From Bacilli bacterium (GTDB lineage: Bacteria > Bacillota_I > Bacilli_A > RF39 > UBA660), in contig JAFXXB010000005.1 of NCBI GenBank assembly GCA_017542465.1, positions 10,614-74,613 of the forward strand: a DNA stretch of 64,000 bases. Direction: 5' to 3'. Positions 18,767-27,379 of this stretch are shown in pieces. The notes beneath the pieces were generated by a model. It made no database searches. It saw nothing but the letters and a program-made list of their open reading frames with translations, and had not been told where the DNA came from. Every line of letters starts with the position of its first letter. Positions within the stretch are counted from its first letter, which is position 1. The position numbers were made by a program, and so were the translations under genes.

Positions 18767-18899
18767 TTTTAAAAAGTTTTACAAAAAAGTTTTTAAGACT
18801 ATTTTTTACCCTACGAAATTGTGTTGTTCGATATAAAAATTTAAATGTAAATGTTTTACACTGATTGTTGAAAACTAAAAAAGATGTATTAATTACATC

Positions 18900-19781
18900 T
18901 TATATTTCTATTAGTTCATATTCAATATTTCCTACGCCTAACTTATAAGCATATTCTATAGTATGTTCACCATTACGTGAGTTTACTCTTTCTAGAAAAT
19001 GTTCTTTTCCAGGATCATCGCAAGCTTTAACTAAATCAATACAGGCTTTATCTATAGCTACAGGATCAAGTGATACAAGTATACCTATATCTTTAAGACA
19101 AGGGTCTTCTGCTTTCGCACAACAATCACAATCAACCGACATGTTAGCCATGATATTTATATAAGCTATATTATCCTTAAAGTAATTATTAACGGCATAT
19201 GCAGATTCTGCCATAGACTCTAAGAAATCATCTTGAGGTGGTAGTTTTAACCATACAGTTAATTGATTTGTATTTTTACCTGCTGAATGAATTAAAGCTT
19301 TACCTCTAGATGATGCACATCCTATTGATAATTGTTTTAACGCACCACCATAACCGCCCATAGGATGTCCTTTAAAATGTGATAAAACTAACATCGAATC
19401 ATAGTTAACTATATTCTTACCTAACAAGTCTTCTTTTAAATGTTTACCATTTTCAATTGGTAATACAAAGTCAGGTTCTTCAGCATCTAGTAAGTCTACT
19501 TTAAAGAATTCATTCCACCCATGTTTTTCTAAAGTCTTAAGATGTTTCTTTGTTGAATTACGCGCGCCAGGATATGCTGTATTACATTCAACTATAGTAC
19601 CATTTACATGTTCAACTATTGGTCTCCAAAATTCTGGTTTTAAATAGTTTTGATTACCATCTTCACCTGAATGAACTTTAGTTGCAACATTGCCTTTTAG
19701 TTTAATATTTAACATATCAAACATTTTTACAACATTCTCTGGAGTTATATTTCTTGTAAAAAATACCTTACTTTTTTCCAT
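18900..19781 (-). CDS. DUF362 domain protein
   Basis: MEKSKVFFT... with the pattern typical of DUF362 proteins. GGTAGGTGA SD precedes ATG 19781. A structured leader lies upstream. Confidence 0.65.
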   Translation of the reverse strand: MEKSKVFFTRNITPENVVKMFDMLNIKLKGNVATKVHSGEDGNQNYLKPEFWRPIVEHVNGTIVECNTAYPGARNSTKKHLKTLEKHGWNEFFKVDLLDAEEPDFVLPIENGKHLKEDLLGKNIVNYDSMLVLSHFKGHPMGGYGGALKQLSIGCASSRGKALIHSAGKNTNQLTVWLKLPPQDDFLESMAESAYAVNNYFKDNIAYINIMANMSVDCDCCAKAEDPCLKDIGILVSLDPVAIDKACIDLVKACDDPGKEHFLERVNSRNGEHTIEYAYKLGVGNIEYELIEI

Positions 19782-19930
19782 ATTATCACCTACCAAAATA
19801 ATAACAAAAAACAAACAAAAAAGGAAGAGTAAGCTCTCTTCCGCAATTTTTTAACTCCCTATATTTATCCGGCTGGGAATCACCTATTTCTTTTCCCCGA
19901 TTATACAGCTGGGACCGCTGGCTTTTTTCT
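19782..19930 (-). promoter_or_regulatory. Structured GC-rich leader upstream of the DUF362 gene (unclassified riboswitch/attenuator candidate)
   Basis: ~150 nt between the promoter and the SD. It is locally GC-rich (GCCAGCGGUCCCAGCUG, GGUGAUUCCCAGCCGG, GGGAG) and ends in an intrinsic terminator before the RBS. Confidence 0.5.
19812..19842 (-). terminator. Leader terminator in front of the DUF362 gene
   Basis: GGAAGAG-agcuua-CUCUUCC followed by UUUUUUGUUUGUUUUUU, located 5' of the coding region. Confidence 0.7.
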
Positions 19931-19936
19931 ACCCTT

Positions 19937-19965
19937 AATATATAAAAATTAATTATTAATGTCAA
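19937..19965 (-). promoter_or_regulatory. Promoter of the DUF362 leader
   Basis: TTGACA (19965..19960), 17 nt spacer, TATATT (19942..19937). Confidence 0.55.
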
Positions 19966-19989
19966 CGATTTTTTTAATATTTTTTTAAT

Positions 19990-20808
19990 TTATTTTTGAC
20001 ATCTCTTACAGATGTAAGTTCCACGCCCACCAACACGTGTTTTAACTATTTTTTCACCACAGTTAGGGCATGGTTGATTAGCCTTTGTATGAACTTTTAA
20101 ATACTCTTGATAAGTTCCTTCTACGCCTAAAGATGATGTATAAGATCTAATTGTTGTTCCACCACACTCTGTTGCTTTCTTTATTATTTTAGTTCCTGCT
20201 TCTTTTATTTTTTCACATTCATCTAATGTAATAGTATTACCTAATCTAGTCGGTAATATATTAGATTCAAATAATACTTCATCTACATATATATTGCCTA
20301 ATCCATTTATAATTGATTGATCTAATAATAATTCTTTAATAGGTTTGTTAGATTTATGTATTTTATTATATATATAATTATCAGTTAAGTCTTTACTATC
20401 TGGTTCTATACCCAATTTAGCTATATCATCTGTTTTATATATATCTTCTGTTTTAACTAATTTCATTACTCCAAACTTACGAACATCTTTATATCTTAAA
20501 TCATATCCATCATCTAATTTAAAAATAATATGTTCATGTTTTTCATATTCTTCATCACTTGGTTTAATATAATACTTTCCTTCCATTCTCAAATGAGAAA
20601 GTATTGTATAATCTCCACATTCGATAAATAGCCACTTACCATAGTTATCAACATTAGTTATAGTTTTACCTATTAAAATATCTTTAAACTCATTCTTATC
20701 AGTTTTAATAATACCATCATATCTATATTTAATGTCTTTTATAGTCTTACCAACTATTCTATTCTTTAATACATTTTTTACTGTTCTTACTTCTGCTATT
20801 TCAGGCAT
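19990..20808 (-). CDS. mutM: Formamidopyrimidine-DNA glycosylase
   Basis: N-terminal MPEIAEV (catalytic Pro2), H2TH, C-terminal zinc finger CPNCG...CKRCQ. Confidence 0.9.
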   Translation of the reverse strand: MPEIAEVRTVKNVLKNRIVGKTIKDIKYRYDGIIKTDKNEFKDILIGKTITNVDNYGKWLFIECGDYTILSHLRMEGKYYIKPSDEEYEKHEHIIFKLDDGYDLRYKDVRKFGVMKLVKTEDIYKTDDIAKLGIEPDSKDLTDNYIYNKIHKSNKPIKELLLDQSIINGLGNIYVDEVLFESNILPTRLGNTITLDECEKIKEAGTKIIKKATECGGTTIRSYTSSLGVEGTYQEYLKVHTKANQPCPNCGEKIVKTRVGGRGTYICKRCQK

Positions 20809-20825
20809 ATATATCACCTAGATAT

Positions 20826-20834
20826 AGTATAGCA
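20826..20834 (-). promoter_or_regulatory. Extended -10 (TGCTATACT) for mutM
   Basis: TGCTATACT-atatct-AGGTGA-tatat-ATG. Confidence 0.45.
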
Positions 20835-20861
20835 CAAAAAAAGAATAACTTGATTGTTATT

Positions 20862-21899
20862 CTATTTTTCATATGAAACACTACTTACAATACATTCAGT
20901 TCTATCAAAATCTACTGATTTAGGAACTTCATTACTATAACATTTACATTTTTCTACTTCATGAGGTTTTGGAGATACTATATATCCAACATGAACATAT
21001 GCAATATTATCACCTTTATATCTGATACAAGAAGCTCTTACACGTACATCTTTATCCAAATTATTAGTAAACTCGCCAAAATCATCTACATCTTTTTTGT
21101 CTTCATTTATCTTAACAAAAGTATAATCTTTTACAAATTCATATTGATCAAGTATATTTGATTCACTCGCTATTACTTCAACTGTTACTCTATTATAGGC
21201 TTCATTGAATCTTAAATCTTCATCGATAACTGTTATTACATTTGGTTCAACAAGATATCTAATTGCATTCTCATAATTAACAAAATCATCATCCATAAAA
21301 AAGCTGTACTTAACTTCAACATCTACAGGATGATCATTTTTATTGATTAATGCCACATTTATTGTATCATAAGCAGTTGAGAATTTAACTATTTCTATAT
21401 TTTCTGATGCTTCATTTTCAAATTTTGTTACTTTAACATTTTCAAAATCAATTTTACTTAAATAATCATCATCTTCATCATCAGCTGAAGTTGTAGTTGT
21501 TGTAGATGAAGTAGTAAGATTATTTCCACTTCCAGATCCACCTTTGTTTCCTTTACCAGCAAATATTATTATTCCAACTACAACACCTACTATAGCAAGA
21601 ATAAATAATATAACTACAACTATTATAATAGGTAAACAACTAGATTTTTTCTTTTCCTCTTTTACTTCTGTTTGTACAGGTACAGTTTCAGTTGGTTGTT
21701 GTACTGGTGTTTCTTGGACAACAGGTTGAACTGGTTGTTCTGGTACAGTGTTAACTTCTGTTGTTGGTGCCTCAGATGTTTCAGCAACTGGTTCTGGTTG
21801 AACTACTGTTTGTTCTACTGGTGCAACAGGTTCAGTAGGAACTTCAGGTGTTTGAGGTTCTACTGGTAAATTATTATTTTCTATATTATTTTCATTCAT
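20862..21899 (-). CDS. Membrane-anchored hypothetical protein (P/E/Q/V-rich N-tail, TM, Thr linker, ~200 aa ectodomain)
   Basis: Architecture read from the translation. No recognisable catalytic motif. Confidence 0.55.
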   Translation of the reverse strand: MNENNIENNNLPVEPQTPEVPTEPVAPVEQTVVQPEPVAETSEAPTTEVNTVPEQPVQPVVQETPVQQPTETVPVQTEVKEEKKKSSCLPIIIVVVILFILAIVGVVVGIIIFAGKGNKGGSGSGNNLTTSSTTTTTSADDEDDDYLSKIDFENVKVTKFENEASENIEIVKFSTAYDTINVALINKNDHPVDVEVKYSFFMDDDFVNYENAIRYLVEPNVITVIDEDLRFNEAYNRVTVEVIASESNILDQYEFVKDYTFVKINEDKKDVDDFGEFTNNLDKDVRVRASCIRYKGDNIAYVHVGYIVSPKPHEVEKCKCYSNEVPKSVDFDRTECIVSSVSYEK

Positions 21900-21909
21900 A
21901 TTAATCCTC

Positions 21910-23766
21910 CTAATGAATTACTCCACCCCATTCAACAGCAGTAAATCCTGTTCTATTGAATGATGTAAGTTTTTGTTCTTTTATATTTACTTTTTTATTT
22001 ACCTTTTTAACATGCATAGCAATTCTTAACAATGAATCTGGTTTAGGTTCAATATTAATTGGACTATATTTATCTCTTTCTTCAGTTAATTCAAAATATA
22101 TTAAGTTCTTTTCATTTTTCTCTAGTATTGGTAACCAATACATAATGAATTCATTTCTTTCTCTATCATTTAATCCTATATAAGATAATTTATTTTCTAA
22201 GAATTTAATAGCATCTTTACCTTCACAATAGAAACCTTCATCAAATGATATTTCATGGTTCTTTAATTCTTCCCAATATAATGCATAATAGTATTTACCA
22301 TTCTTATCATATAAATCTCCATTAGGTTTAGCTAATACATTCCAACTATTATTATATTTAGGATATGTAGTTGTTAAATTACTAGGTTTATCAAATGTAA
22401 CTTTAACATTTGTTTCTTCAGTAGGATATAAATATAATACTGGTTTTGCGTATCCGCCTATTCCAGAAGCTATCTTTCCTGATTCTTTAGTTGATGGATA
22501 ATAGTAATATTCATAACCTAATCCATCTTCATCATCACCATTAATTTTAGGATTTTCTTTCTTAAATATTTTGATTAATTCAGCATCCTTTATTTCAACA
22601 ACAATATAAATACCTTCTTTACCATTGTTATCTTTATCCCACCATCCAGAGATAGCTGTATGAACATAATAATCATTATTATTATAATTATCCATGAATG
22701 TTATATATTCATTTAAATCTTGATCAGTTAATATTAGCTTTGTACCTTTTACAATTACAGTATAACCTTTATCAACTAATAATAATTCATCTACATCATT
22801 TATACTTTTAACATCTTTAAAATTACCATCCATCTTAGTTACAGTTTTATTCTCATAAAAATAGAATGCATTATTTTCATTAGATCCCCATATAGATGGT
22901 TTTTGAAGTCTTATATCACCCTCATAATCATATATAGTATCTTTCTTATCAGTATAACCAATAATATAATCTTTATTATCTATAGTTACAGCGTTATAAG
23001 TTCTTGATTCAAATCTAGTATTTACTTTATTAGTTGTTACATCATATAATCCGTTTTTAACTGGTACGAAATTAGTGGCTCTTAAAAATAAATAACTATC
23101 ATAGAATTCATCTGAATCCTTATCAATTATGCCTATTCCATCATTATAAATATCTTTATCAACATTTATACAAGCAACATATCCATTATTATTATAAATA
23201 AGTATAATTCTATCTTTAGATTTAGATCTATAGAAATCTATAACTTCCATACCATTTATATAATTAAATTTAGTTAATTTTTTCTTTAAATTACCATTAC
23301 CATCATATATTTTTAACAATCCACCATCATTAATAACAGCTTCTTCTGTATCGCTTCCTACTACTTCACATTTATCTTTTGATGCACATGTAATAGTTCC
23401 TTTAACATTTGAACAATATTTATTTGTTTCTGAATAATAAACATTACCATTATCAACAGTACAATTATATAATTTCTTTCCATTTAATACTTGTGTTGTA
23501 GTTGTTTCTGTTGTTATTACTTCTTCAGTTGTTGTAGTTGATAATCTATCCCCCTCATTTGTTTTAGTTGAAGGTTTAACAAGTAAGAAAATAATAACAA
23601 TAGCTATTATAGCAATTAACAATATCAAACCAATAATTGCTACTGCAACAATAATTACTATTAAGCCTATATTACTTTTCTTTTTTGGTTGTTCTTGTTC
23701 AACTGATTTTTCTTGAGTTTCTTCTTTAACCTCTTCAGTTATAGCTTCTTCTTTTTTCTTTGCCAT
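21910..23766 (-). CDS. Membrane-anchored hypothetical protein (618 aa)
   Basis: K/E-rich N-tail, long TM, TTTTEEVITTETTTT linker and a large beta-rich ectodomain. The C-terminal module begins KPVLYLYP. Confidence 0.55.
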   Translation of the reverse strand: MAKKKEEAITEEVKEETQEKSVEQEQPKKKSNIGLIVIIVAVAIIGLILLIAIIAIVIIFLLVKPSTKTNEGDRLSTTTTEEVITTETTTTQVLNGKKLYNCTVDNGNVYYSETNKYCSNVKGTITCASKDKCEVVGSDTEEAVINDGGLLKIYDGNGNLKKKLTKFNYINGMEVIDFYRSKSKDRIILIYNNNGYVACINVDKDIYNDGIGIIDKDSDEFYDSYLFLRATNFVPVKNGLYDVTTNKVNTRFESRTYNAVTIDNKDYIIGYTDKKDTIYDYEGDIRLQKPSIWGSNENNAFYFYENKTVTKMDGNFKDVKSINDVDELLLVDKGYTVIVKGTKLILTDQDLNEYITFMDNYNNNDYYVHTAISGWWDKDNNGKEGIYIVVEIKDAELIKIFKKENPKINGDDEDGLGYEYYYYPSTKESGKIASGIGGYAKPVLYLYPTEETNVKVTFDKPSNLTTTYPKYNNSWNVLAKPNGDLYDKNGKYYYALYWEELKNHEISFDEGFYCEGKDAIKFLENKLSYIGLNDRERNEFIMYWLPILEKNEKNLIYFELTEERDKYSPINIEPKPDSLLRIAMHVKKVNKKVNIKEQKLTSFNRTGFTAVEWGGVIH

Positions 23767-23803
23767 ACATAATCTCCTATCTTATATTAATTATAATACA
23801 TAA

Positions 23804-23836
23804 TAAAAAAAGAAAGTATAAATCAATCATACTTTC
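23804..23836 (-). terminator. Intrinsic terminator after polA
   Basis: GAAAGUAU-gauugauuu-AUACUUUC followed by UUUUUUU. Confidence 0.7.
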
Positions 23837-23853
23837 CTTTTTATGTTTACATA

Positions 23854-26412
23854 TTACTTAGTCTCATAAAGATCTGTTCCAAAGTCATGTGATACCTTTA
23901 AAGGTACTTCTAGTTTAACTATGTTTTCCATGATATCCATAACTATATCTTTAATCTTATCTTCTTCCTCTTTAATACAATCAAATATTAATTCATCATG
24001 TATTTGTAATAACATATCTGATTTAATATTTTGTTTTTCAAACTCTTCATCTATTTTTACCATAGCCATCTTTAAGATATCTGCAGCTGAACCTTGAATT
24101 GGTGTGTTCATAGCCATACGTTTACCTGATTCTCTTACCATGAAATTAGATGATGATAATTCTTCAATATATCTCTTACGTTTATATAAAGTTTCAACAA
24201 AACCTGTCTCTTGAGCATTCTTAACAGTCATATCCATATATAATTTTACACCTGGGTATAATTCTAAATACTTCTTAATAAATGCATCTGCTTCTTTTCG
24301 AGATATACCTAAATCTTCACCTAATCCAAATCCAGATATACCATATACTATTCCAAATATAACTGCTTTAGCTGATCTTCTTTCATTCTTAGTTACATCT
24401 TTTATATCTTTACCATATATATTTGCAGCAACTGATGCATGTATATCTTCACCATCTATAAATGCTTTAATTAATTCTTTATCTTTAGATAAATGTGCAA
24501 GTACTCTTAACTCTATTTGAGAGTAATCGCATGATAAGAATTGATGATTAGATGGTAAGAATGCTTTTCTTATTAACTTACCTAATTCATCTCTTGTAGG
24601 TATATTTTGTAAGTTAGGATCAACCGATGATAATCTACCTGTTCTTGTTAATGTTTGTTTATATATAGTATGTATTTTACCATCGTCTTTAATATATTTA
24701 GCTAATCCTTCAAGATATGTACTATTTAATTTAGTTAACTTTCTATATTCTAATATCTTACTTATTATAGGATGTTCATTTATTAACTTTTGTAATACTT
24801 CTTCACCTGTTTGATAAGCACCTGTTTTAGTTTTCTTTGCACCTTTTAATTCTAGCTTTTCAAATAGTATTTCACCTAATTGTTTAGGAGATGAAATATT
24901 AAACTCTTGTCCTGCTAGTTCATATATTTCATTTTCAATCTTACTTATATCTTTCTTAATATTTTCAGATTGTTCATCTAATATATCTTTTGAACATTTA
25001 ATACCTTTAATTTCCATCTTAGCTAATACTTTAGTTAATGGCATTTCTACTTTATCAAATAAATTAATAACATCTTGCACTCTCATATCATTTACATATT
25101 TATCATGAGAATCATATAAGTATCTAGCTTTTAATGTAACTATATCATCTATATCTTCTTTTGATTTAATTATTTCATTATATAAAGGTACTTCTATCTT
25201 ATCTTGTTTCATCATTAATCCAAGATCATCTTTAATTGTTTTATTCAATAGATATGCTGCAATATTAGCATCATATATAGTATTTAAATCATATCTTTTT
25301 AATAATACTATATTCTTCTTTAAATCAAATGTATATTTAGGTACATTCTTTAAATAATCAAATACATCATTTATCATATTTTCTTCAACATACCATGAAG
25401 TAGTACCATCATATAATCCCATACCTAATATATTAGCATCATGATAGTTCTCATTATCACATTCAATATAATATGATACAGGATCTTTAGTATCTATATC
25501 TTTAACATCAGTTAATTTCTTAAATGAATGTTTAAATTCTACTTTATTTCTATCTTTAGGTTCTTTTATTAATGAATAAAATTCTAAGTCATAGAACATA
25601 TCATCTAATTCATCTGTAGGTCCATTGTATTTAAAATCTTCAAACTTAAATGGTATAGGTACTTCTCTATAGATAGTAGCCATCTTCTTAGAGAAATATG
25701 CTAAATCTTTATTTTCTCTAATCTTCTCACCTAATTTACCTTTTATTTCATCTTGATGTTCATATACACCATCAAGATCTCCATAGTCTATTAACAGTTT
25801 AAGTGCAGTCTTTTCACCTACTCCAGGAACACCTGGAATATTATCAGATGAATCTCCCATTAAAGCTTTTAAATCTATAACTTTAATTGGATCAATTCCA
25901 TACTCTTCTTTAAATGATTTAGGATCATATTTAATATAATCTTTAGGTCTTAATAACTTGATTGATACTTCATCACTTATTAATTGTAAATAGTCATGAT
26001 CAGATGTAACTAATAATGCATCCCAATCAGCATCTTCATCAGCCCAACGACAAACAGTACCAACAATATCGTCAGCTTCATAATTATCTATTTCAAACCA
26101 TTTAATACCCATCTTATCTAAAAGATCTCTTGCATATGGTAATTGTATCTTTAATTCATCAGGTGTTTTATTTCTACCTGCTTTATAATCTTTATATTCT
26201 TCATGTCTAAAAGATTTACCCTTATCAAAAGCAACTAACATATACTCTGGTTTTTCTTCATTAATAATCTTATTAATCATATTAGTAAAACCATATAAAG
26301 CATTTGTAACTAAACCTTTAGAGTTCTTCATTAAGTTACCTGTATAAGCTGTTGCAAAGTAAGCTCTAAACATTAGATTATTACCATCTATTAATACTAT
26401 TTTCTTTTTCAT
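23854..26412 (-). CDS. polA: DNA polymerase I
   Basis: 5' nuclease N-terminus and family A polymerase motifs (DYSQIELR, QIHDEL). ATG 26412 follows AGGTGA. Confidence 0.95.
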   Translation of the reverse strand: MKKKIVLIDGNNLMFRAYFATAYTGNLMKNSKGLVTNALYGFTNMINKIINEEKPEYMLVAFDKGKSFRHEEYKDYKAGRNKTPDELKIQLPYARDLLDKMGIKWFEIDNYEADDIVGTVCRWADEDADWDALLVTSDHDYLQLISDEVSIKLLRPKDYIKYDPKSFKEEYGIDPIKVIDLKALMGDSSDNIPGVPGVGEKTALKLLIDYGDLDGVYEHQDEIKGKLGEKIRENKDLAYFSKKMATIYREVPIPFKFEDFKYNGPTDELDDMFYDLEFYSLIKEPKDRNKVEFKHSFKKLTDVKDIDTKDPVSYYIECDNENYHDANILGMGLYDGTTSWYVEENMINDVFDYLKNVPKYTFDLKKNIVLLKRYDLNTIYDANIAAYLLNKTIKDDLGLMMKQDKIEVPLYNEIIKSKEDIDDIVTLKARYLYDSHDKYVNDMRVQDVINLFDKVEMPLTKVLAKMEIKGIKCSKDILDEQSENIKKDISKIENEIYELAGQEFNISSPKQLGEILFEKLELKGAKKTKTGAYQTGEEVLQKLINEHPIISKILEYRKLTKLNSTYLEGLAKYIKDDGKIHTIYKQTLTRTGRLSSVDPNLQNIPTRDELGKLIRKAFLPSNHQFLSCDYSQIELRVLAHLSKDKELIKAFIDGEDIHASVAANIYGKDIKDVTKNERRSAKAVIFGIVYGISGFGLGEDLGISRKEADAFIKKYLELYPGVKLYMDMTVKNAQETGFVETLYKRKRYIEELSSSNFMVRESGKRMAMNTPIQGSAADILKMAMVKIDEEFEKQNIKSDMLLQIHDELIFDCIKEEEDKIKDIVMDIMENIVKLEVPLKVSHDFGTDLYETK

Positions 26413-26429
26413 AAGTATCACCTAATACT

Positions 26430-26438
26430 ATTATATCA
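26430..26438 (-). promoter_or_regulatory. Extended -10 (TGATATAAT) for polA
   Basis: TGATATAAT-agtatt-AGGTGA-tactt-ATG. Confidence 0.5.
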
Positions 26439-26444
26439 AATAAA

Positions 26445-26472
26445 TAAAAAAAGATTAGTAAAAACTAATCTT
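26445..26472 (-). terminator. Intrinsic terminator after the gene at 26471..27364
   Basis: AAGAUUAGU-uuuu-ACUAAUCUU followed by UUUUUU. Confidence 0.7.
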
Positions 26473-27364
26473 ATTCTATAGAACTAACTAACCATTTATC
26501 ATTTGTTTTTTCAATAACTATCTTTCCTTCATGGTTTTCAAGTTCATGCATTTCATCTCCACCAGTTGTATATTTAACTGTTGCAGTAATCTTAGTTGCC
26601 TCAATTTCAATAGTATTAACTGTTAGATTATCATTTCCAATTGGGAATGAAGTATATGGAACACAGCAATAAACTACATCATCCTTAACTAAGAATTTCT
26701 TAGCAATTTCAGTTGTTAATGTTTCTGAATAATACTCACCAATATGTTTTTTTACTTCATCTAATGTTTTATAAGATTTAATTGGTTGATAAAAACCATT
26801 ACAATTTCCTTCAGGTAAACCTAATGCTTCATATTCAGAACTTTCAATATCTAATTCTTTAGTGTCACCATAATAACAAATATTAAATAATAACATAGAA
26901 TCATCTACATGTTTATTATATAAATCTAATACCAACTTTTTAGCTTCTTCTTCAGTTAATTTAGCAACTGTTGTAGTTGTTGTTTCTATTGTGGTTGTTG
27001 TATTTTCTTTTACAAACATCTTAAACACTGGATTATCTGTATTAAATACAAATAAGTAATAAGCAGCACCACATAATAAAGCTAAAATAATTATTATTAC
27101 TATTAATGCTGGTAAAATGCTCTTTTTCTTCTTTGGTTGTTCATTAGTTTGAACAGGTTCTGTAGCAACAGGTTCTTGAGGAACAGCAGTTGGTTCTACA
27201 GGTGCTTCAGGAGCAGCTACTGGTTCAGGTTGAACTGGAGTCTCAGCTACTGGTTGTTCAAATGTAGTTGTCTCAGGAACTGGAGCTATAGGAGTTTCTT
27301 GAACAGGTTGTTCAACTGGTTGAGTTGTTTGTTCAGTTTCATTAATCATTTTTTCCTCTTTCAT
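26471..27364 (-). CDS. Membrane-anchored hypothetical protein (P/E/Q/V-rich N-tail, TM, Thr linker, ectodomain)
   Basis: Same layout as 20862..21899. AAAGGAGG SD upstream. Its stop lies 16 nt... (it starts 16 nt after the cohesin-like gene ends). Confidence 0.55.
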   Translation of the reverse strand: MKEEKMINETEQTTQPVEQPVQETPIAPVPETTTFEQPVAETPVQPEPVAAPEAPVEPTAVPQEPVATEPVQTNEQPKKKKSILPALIVIIIILALLCGAAYYLFVFNTDNPVFKMFVKENTTTTIETTTTTVAKLTEEEAKKLVLDLYNKHVDDSMLLFNICYYGDTKELDIESSEYEALGLPEGNCNGFYQPIKSYKTLDEVKKHIGEYYSETLTTEIAKKFLVKDDVVYCCVPYTSFPIGNDNLTVNTIEIEATKITATVKYTTGGDEMHELENHEGKIVIEKTNDKWLVSSIE

Positions 27365-27379
27365 TCTTTATCCTCCTTT

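Noticed and set aside
18695-18899. NrdR boxes upstream of nrdD
   Set aside because: I looked for the 16-bp palindrome acaCwAtATaTwGtgt in both orientations. Only loose AT-rich resemblances turned up (for example around 18709..18724 and 18846..18862). I report the unrelated perfect palindrome instead.
19860-19905. Purine-riboswitch-like start (UAUAAUCGGGG...) in the DUF362 leader
   Set aside because: The first ~12 nt resemble the P1/J1-2 region of purine riboswitches. However, there is no P3 helix, no conserved J2-3 (GUUUCUAC) and no CCGUAAA/GACUAU elements.
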